From: Planctomycetota bacterium
GTDB lineage: Bacteria; Planctomycetota; Planctomycetia; Pirellulales; Pirellulaceae
Length of the DNA stretch: 64,000 bases
Reading direction: 5' to 3'
NCBI GenBank assembly: GCA_039029995.1
Contig: JBCCFB010000002.1
Coordinates: 14,318 to 78,317, forward strand
Shown: piece after piece, positions 58,697 to 64,000 of the stretch
Position numbering within the stretch: the first letter of the stretch is position 1
Layout: the number at the start of each line of letters is the position of its first letter
Position numbers and translations under genes: made by a program
The notes under the pieces: model-generated
Seen by the model: the letters and a program-made list of their open reading frames with translations, nothing else
Database searches by the model: none
Told to the model about the DNA's origin: nothing

Positions 58697-60535
58697 CTAG
58701 CCGGCTTTGCGCTTTTCGGTGGCAGCTACAGAGCTGCTGTTGTCGCCGATTTTGACCGCGACGCCGTCAAGGCTGCGGACATGTAGATCCTGTTGCGGGA
58801 ACGCGATCTCAATGTTCTTCTCACGGAATGCGCGGTCAATGATCATGTTCAATTCGTGCTGTACATCAGCAAAATTATCCCGCGATGGAATCACCACTCG
58901 CAGCTCAAAGTCGAGAGTGCTCGATCCAAAGCACTGGAAAACCACCTGTGGAGGCGGATCATTCAGTACCAGCGGGCTTTGACGAGCGACGTCGAGCAGT
59001 GTTGACTGGACCAATTCTGTATCCGAGCCGTAGGCCACGCCAATCTGGAAGGTGAGCCGCGAAAGGCGATCGGACAACGTCCAGTTCATCACGTCTTCGG
59101 TGATGAATTTCTTGTTGGGCACAATCAGTTCCCGATGGTCAAGATCACGAATGGTTGTAGCCCTCAATTCCATCCGGGTAACAGTTCCCGTCACATTGTT
59201 GACCGTAACTACATCACCCACACGAACCGGCCGTTCGATCAGGATGATGATCCCGGAAATCAGGTTGGCGAAGATTTCCTGAAGACCGAAACCGAGCCCG
59301 ACACTTAGACCTGCTGCAAGCCACTGCACGCTGGTCCACGAAAACCCGAGCAGATGAAAAGTCGTCAACAGTCCGGCGACGCCGACCATATATCTGACCA
59401 CAAATGAAATGGCGTATCGCCCGCCACGATCAAGCGGAAGACGATCCAGCAAAGTGATTTCCAGCAGACCGGGAAGATTACGACTGAGAACGAAAGTGAT
59501 CACCAGTAGCCCCGCTGCCATCAACAAGTGCCGGATCGTGACCCAGGCATATTCACCACCGGAATCTGTAAGTGCCGTTGCCGAACGCCAGAGGCCGGTT
59601 TCAAAAAGACCCGAAGACGGTATGACGCTGCCCCAGACGTACCATGCTGCGACAACCATACTGACAATCGCCGTCACGCGAAGCAGACGGTTGACCTGAC
59701 TTGAAATCTCCAGAATGTCGATCGATTCGCCACTGTCGATTCGACCTTCGTCATCACGGGTCAGCTGCCGGAGCTTGATACGGAATTGTGTGATCAACAG
59801 TAGACGGCTTGCCAGTGCAGCGGCCATTGCGATGCCGATCGAAAAGAGTACGGTCCAGAACATTCGCCAGCTGAGCCTGACAGCCGTGAAGTAGTAACCA
59901 GTGCAGGCCATCAACGCGAGCGCGGTCGGAATTCCAATGGAAAGACGCAGAAACATCAATCGCCAGAATCCGGCGCTTGAGGGGGTGTTGGAGGAGGCAG
60001 TATCACCTTCCATCCAAGTGGAAATCTGAATCGATGCGAACCACAGGCCCGTCGCAAAAACGGCCATAGACGCCACAAAGAAAAACCTGCCCAGCGTGTC
60101 GAAGTAGACACCGGAATCAAACGTCTCCAGCGACGTGTATAAGAACTGAAGCGGAATACACAACAGCACCATCCATCCGATCGCCCGACGGAGGCCGCAA
60201 CAAAGTTTCGGTGACCAGTTGTAATGCGTCTCCGCTACGCCACCCTGTTTCAATGCTTTCAACAGCACCAGGCCACTGAATAACATCGGGAGGCAAAGCC
60301 ACATCGAGCGCATCACGCTTCCTCGAAGTGAACTGGCCTCGTAGTTGGGTGACAGTTGCCACAGAATCAGCCAGAAGATAAGCGGCACAAAAAGCGCCGC
60401 AAAAACGGCGTGAGTCGTTGCGCGAACGGTGGGGCCGAATCGTGAAAACGACTCGATGTGATTCAGCAGAGTTTCGTTAGGACCTGCTGAAACCGCTTCG
60501 TTGACTACGTGGTCGGTCACGGTGTTCTCCGTCAC
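58697..60535 (-). CDS. MscS-family mechanosensitive channel, membrane/C-terminal half of MscK-like protein
   Basis: Multiple TMs; GLGFGLQEIFANLISGIIILIERPVRVGD, IVPNKKFIT, VGVAYG-like IGVAYGSD, IEIAFPQQDLH. Confidence 0.92.
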   Translation of the reverse strand: MTENTVTDHVVNEAVSAGPNETLLNHIESFSRFGPTVRATTHAVFAALFVPLIFWLILWQLSPNYEASSLRGSVMRSMWLCLPMLFSGLVLLKALKQGGVAETHYNWSPKLCCGLRRAIGWMVLLCIPLQFLYTSLETFDSGVYFDTLGRFFFVASMAVFATGLWFASIQISTWMEGDTASSNTPSSAGFWRLMFLRLSIGIPTALALMACTGYYFTAVRLSWRMFWTVLFSIGIAMAAALASRLLLITQFRIKLRQLTRDDEGRIDSGESIDILEISSQVNRLLRVTAIVSMVVAAWYVWGSVIPSSGLFETGLWRSATALTDSGGEYAWVTIRHLLMAAGLLVITFVLSRNLPGLLEITLLDRLPLDRGGRYAISFVVRYMVGVAGLLTTFHLLGFSWTSVQWLAAGLSVGLGFGLQEIFANLISGIIILIERPVRVGDVVTVNNVTGTVTRMELRATTIRDLDHRELIVPNKKFITEDVMNWTLSDRLSRLTFQIGVAYGSDTELVQSTLLDVARQSPLVLNDPPPQVVFQCFGSSTLDFELRVVIPSRDNFADVQHELNMIIDRAFREKNIEIAFPQQDLHVRSLDGVAVKIGDNSSSVAATEKRKAG

Positions 60536-60561
60536 GGGAAATTCCTCTAGCTGTGCATGTT

Positions 60562-62709
60562 TCAGGAGGCATCGGGGCGCTGCCTGATCGTTCGATGTGA
60601 TCTGGGCTTAATGCGATTGGTAAATAACGCCAGGCCGAGCAGGGACACGACCCATAGCGCGGTTCTCTGCGGTTTGTGCAGCAGGCTATCGGTCAGCTCA
60701 AGCCCCAGCTTTGACCATTCGGCGGGCGCAAAAAACGCAGCCACTCCACGCATGGCCGGCTGAACATCATTCAGGCTCACTGGACTTGAACTCTGGATCC
60801 AGAGTGCGTGCTGGTCGATATACTCTCTCGCTTCCCATGTTCGTGCCGCGAGTGTTTCGTGGTTGTTCGCGACATCACTGAGCAGTCCACGATACGTATC
60901 AAAATCGGCAATGAGATCGTTCAAGTAGTTGCGTTTCGCTTCGGTCATCCGCTGCGCTTCTTCGGAAAACTGCTGCTGAGAAAGTCCGTTTGCCTGTTGG
61001 CCGCGAATCAGTTCCTCCACGAATTCCCGAGTATGGGCCAGCGGCTCACGTTCCTCCTGAAGATGGAGAACGTCGAGATTGAGAGCCTGAAGCTCATCTT
61101 TGATTTCGCGAACGCGGGCGAGTGATTCATAGGGAGGCAATAGTTCGCGACGGTTCTCAACCAGCAGCGCGCCGCTGCCGATCGTTGCGCCTTCGGTTGC
61201 CTCAATTCGAGTCCGCATTGTCGTCAGACGTTCCTCAACATCATCGATACCGTTCAACACACGGTTCACTTCCAGCTCGACATCTCGAATCTTCTGTGTG
61301 ATATCGATTCGTTGCTGAGTCAATTCGTGATTGCGCTCCGCGATCGCCTTCAGCGCCGGAAGTGCTGCAATGGCTTCCTGCCTTGCCTGCTCGGCTTGCC
61401 TGCGGATTTCCTCTTCTTTGATATTCGCAATAGCCTGTTGCCACGTGTTGACTTCCTCCTCAATGACTTTGACTCGCCGCAGTAGCGCGTCTCTTCGCAT
61501 AGGCAGGACTTTCCCCGCCCATTCCTGCCACTTGACTTCGCTGTCCAGCATCTCAAGCCGGTTTGCCAATGCCAGTCGTCTGGCCGCGAGGAGAATATGG
61601 TTGATCGTTGAAACTTCATCATCATGAGTGGCCGTCGCGAGCCGCTCTTCGACTTCACGTAGTTGATCTAGTGTGTCTGATCGGATTGACGGAATCTCCG
61701 TAATGCGATCGCGCTGAATGTCGATGTCATGACGAACCATATTCAGCTTGGAACGCTCATCGTGCAGGCGTTGCCTGTGGTCTTCCAGCAGGATTTGCAA
61801 TGAAGCGGCGGCGTTATCGTCATCCTCTGGAATCTGCAGAGGGCGGGCTGAAATCTCGGTCGCCAGTTGAACTTCAAGGTCTTCGTACTCTGAAGGGAAC
61901 TCAGCCAGTTCAAGCTTGTACTTCTGGCTGTTCTCTACATAGGTTTCATTCTTCTGCAGCTCGTTCGATGCGCGTGCAAGTAGTTCAAGCCGACTCTGTC
62001 TTTCCGCATCTGTGATCTGCGCGTCGTTGCGCGCGATCTCCTCATGTACGGAGATTTCACGCCGGACGACGCTCTCGTTCATTTCCCCGTCAAAGTCGTT
62101 GCCGTCTTCGATCTCATTGGCGTGAGGCAACAGTGACAACGGAATCACGGTTCCTGACGGGAGGATGATGAACGGTTGCTGTGGCAACTGGACATCATTG
62201 TCAGTGACCTCATCTGAGACGGATTCGTCTTGTAGATTTAGGCCACCGATCCGCGCAAGGCTGAGCGTAAATGGCTGCTGATACGAAGCCGGTTCAACTG
62301 ATTGATCACTGAATGGTTGCAGTTGGCCAACCACGGTTCCAATCTCGGCAGGCACATTGGCGACAGGTAACGGAGCAGCGCCGTCCATTGGAATGTGCCG
62401 CTCGGGTTCTCTGCGAGCAGCCGGAACGTCCCCGTCGTCGCCGCCTAGAATCGCTTTCAACTCCGAATCGCTGTACACCTGTTCAACGATCACCGCCTGT
62501 TGTTCGAAAACCGGCTTCAGCGGGTTTCCTGACAGTACCGCTTCGACCTGCTGCGCCCGCGACTCCGCAGACTGCGCTGGAATGGGCTGCAGAGGCCCGG
62601 ACTGTGCCAACCCCTCAACCACTGGAAGAGTCGTTACAACGATAATCGCAAACCGGATGAATGCGCGTTCAGCCGCGTTCATGTCTGATGCTCTCAAATA
62701 AACTGACAC
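60562..62709 (-). CDS. Periplasmic coiled-coil N-terminal half of MscK-like channel
   Basis: Signal-like N-terminus, long heptad-rich region, LWIQSSSP followed by one TM, as in MscK N-termini; directly upstream of the MscS half. Confidence 0.8.
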   Translation of the reverse strand: MSVYLRASDMNAAERAFIRFAIIVVTTLPVVEGLAQSGPLQPIPAQSAESRAQQVEAVLSGNPLKPVFEQQAVIVEQVYSDSELKAILGGDDGDVPAARREPERHIPMDGAAPLPVANVPAEIGTVVGQLQPFSDQSVEPASYQQPFTLSLARIGGLNLQDESVSDEVTDNDVQLPQQPFIILPSGTVIPLSLLPHANEIEDGNDFDGEMNESVVRREISVHEEIARNDAQITDAERQSRLELLARASNELQKNETYVENSQKYKLELAEFPSEYEDLEVQLATEISARPLQIPEDDDNAAASLQILLEDHRQRLHDERSKLNMVRHDIDIQRDRITEIPSIRSDTLDQLREVEERLATATHDDEVSTINHILLAARRLALANRLEMLDSEVKWQEWAGKVLPMRRDALLRRVKVIEEEVNTWQQAIANIKEEEIRRQAEQARQEAIAALPALKAIAERNHELTQQRIDITQKIRDVELEVNRVLNGIDDVEERLTTMRTRIEATEGATIGSGALLVENRRELLPPYESLARVREIKDELQALNLDVLHLQEEREPLAHTREFVEELIRGQQANGLSQQQFSEEAQRMTEAKRNYLNDLIADFDTYRGLLSDVANNHETLAARTWEAREYIDQHALWIQSSSPVSLNDVQPAMRGVAAFFAPAEWSKLGLELTDSLLHKPQRTALWVVSLLGLALFTNRIKPRSHRTIRQRPDAS

Positions 62710-62842
62710 CCGCGCCCGACAGCGCGCAAGAAGGCGGAGGAGTTTAGAAAAGCGTCAAAACTGCAACAAGGTCAGCTGATACACGGCTTTTGCAAGGCAT
62801 ACGTCGATTTCAGCCATTTGAAACAATTGAATTTGATGATGT

Positions 62843-62882
62843 AAAAAAAATAGACGCCGCGCGGCAGGTGCCGCGCGGCGTC
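62843..62882 (-). terminator. Rho-independent terminator downstream of RTX-like gene
   Basis: A8 run then GACGCCGCGCGGC-aggt-GCCGCGCGGCGTC hairpin. Confidence 0.88.
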
Positions 62883-62970
62883 CGTTCCAAGCTTGCCGCT
62901 CGTGAGCGACCGCTAAAAGAATCCAGTTGTCTGGAGTTATCTGATGAGCGGGTTCATTGAATCGCCGACA

Positions 62971-64000
62971 TCAAAACAAATTGTTTACGTTCAAGATCGC
63001 GTCATTGAACTGAAGGAATTCGACGTTGCTGAGAGTATCATCTCCGTCAGGACCGACAACTTGAATCTGTCCGTTACCAAGATTGATCATCTGGTAGTCG
63101 TTGACTGAACCGAAGAAGACAGCAGTGTCCTCTCCTTCGCCACCGTCAATCTGGTCGTTGCCACTGCCACCGGTAAGAATATCGTTGCCGGAATCTCCGA
63201 AGATCAGATCGTTACCAGCCTGACCTTCAACACGGTCGTCGCCTTCGCCACCGGTCAGGAAATCGACACCGTCGTTGCCTGCCAACCGGTCATTTCCGAA
63301 GCCACCGACGAGGCGGTCATTACCTGTTCCACCGATCAAAACATCACTACCGGCACCACCATTGATTTGATCGTTTCCAGCCGCGCCGCGAATGTCATCG
63401 TCGCCAGCGTTTCCAAGCAGCACGTCGCCGGCACCAGTGCCTTGCAGCTGATCATTGCCGCTGGTTCCTTCGACAGGAGCAGTAAACTGGAGGTCGTTCA
63501 AGCCGATTGTGGTGTTATTGAACTGGAAGTTCTCGACATTCCGGACCAGGTCGGTACCGTCGCGACCGATGACGGTGATCGAACCATCACCGTTTTCAAC
63601 GAATCGATATTCTTCCAGCCGCCCGGTGAATACTGCTATGTCGTTTCCGGCACCCCCGTCAAGTACATCCTGATCCGGGCCACCGTTGAGGATATCATCG
63701 CCGGCCTGGCCGAAGATGCGGTCATTACCGCGGATACCCAGAATTGTGTCATTACCGGCTCCGCCGAATGCTACATCCTCCCCCTTTTTGGCTTCAATGA
63801 AGTCGTCTCCATCACCGCCATCGAGGAAGTCATCACCGGCTCCGGCATCGAGGAAGTCATCACCGTCGTTACCGATCAATCTGTCGTTGCCGTCCTGTCC
63901 GCGGATGAAGTCATCTCCGCCACCACCGAACAGGCTGTCGTTTCCTGCGTTGCCTTGCAAGTCATCGTCGCCAGCTCCACCTGAAACGAAATCGTTATCC
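62971..64000 (-). CDS. Calcium-binding RTX/hemolysin-type repeat protein (C-terminal part; starts beyond window)
   Basis: Many GGxGxDxLx nonapeptides; frame is open to the window edge (DNDFVSGGAGDDDLQGNAG...). Confidence 0.92.
   Translation of the reverse strand, partial: DNDFVSGGAGDDDLQGNAGNDSLFGGGGDDFIRGQDGNDRLIGNDGDDFLDAGAGDDFLDGGDGDDFIEAKKGEDVAFGGAGNDTILGIRGNDRIFGQAGDDILNGGPDQDVLDGGAGNDIAVFTGRLEEYRFVENGDGSITVIGRDGTDLVRNVENFQFNNTTIGLNDLQFTAPVEGTSGNDQLQGTGAGDVLLGNAGDDDIRGAAGNDQINGGAGSDVLIGGTGNDRLVGGFGNDRLAGNDGVDFLTGGEGDDRVEGQAGNDLIFGDSGNDILTGGSGNDQIDGGEGEDTAVFFGSVNDYQMINLGNGQIQVVGPDGDDTLSNVEFLQFNDAILNVNNLF

Noticed and set aside
62776-62798. Sigma-54-like sequence ATACACGGCTTTTGCA
   Set aside because: Lacks the invariant GG at -24 and points toward no gene start.
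63367-63984. 205-aa plus-strand V/I/T-rich ORF
   Set aside because: Antisense reading of RTX nonapeptide codons.
1-64000. tRNA, rRNA, transposase or integrase genes
   Set aside because: No T-loop/cloverleaf, rRNA-like tract, DDE or tyrosine-recombinase motif was seen by eye; tRNAscan-SE, Infernal and ISEScan would be needed to exclude them fully.

Overview
A 64-kb bacterial chromosomal window, almost certainly from a planctomycete and probably Pirellulales-like. This is inferred from a DUF1559 prepilin-like gene, TIGR02999-type ECF sigma/Ser-Thr kinase pairs, an 'LEDRCLMA' planctomycete extracellular motif and an enlarged SecA. It mixes housekeeping genes (fahA, ispF, ruvC-ruvA, metK, waaA, secA, prc, sugar-nucleotide pyrophosphorylases, ABC-2 transporter) with accessory modules. 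I found no rRNA, tRNA, CRISPR array or transposase. The strongest candidate for an undescribed system is a single polypeptide fusing a NifS-type cysteine desulfurase, an ETHE1-like persulfide dioxygenase and a rhodanese, with all catalytic motifs intact (56135-58528). Other highlights: (1) two ECF-sigma/kinase pairs, each divergent from a large secreted protein and sharing an upstream motif, one of them splitting an ABC-2 operon; (2) an HtrA pair whose second member has a PDZ domain inserted inside a degenerate protease domain; (3) a Fur-like box between hemP and a DUF1559 gene; (4) an HTH-acidic tether-TM protein; (5) a pentapeptide/SWIM-like plus ankyrin pair; (6) an MscK-like channel split into two ORFs that a single base could rejoin. 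All product calls come from motif recognition by eye; no database searches were run.
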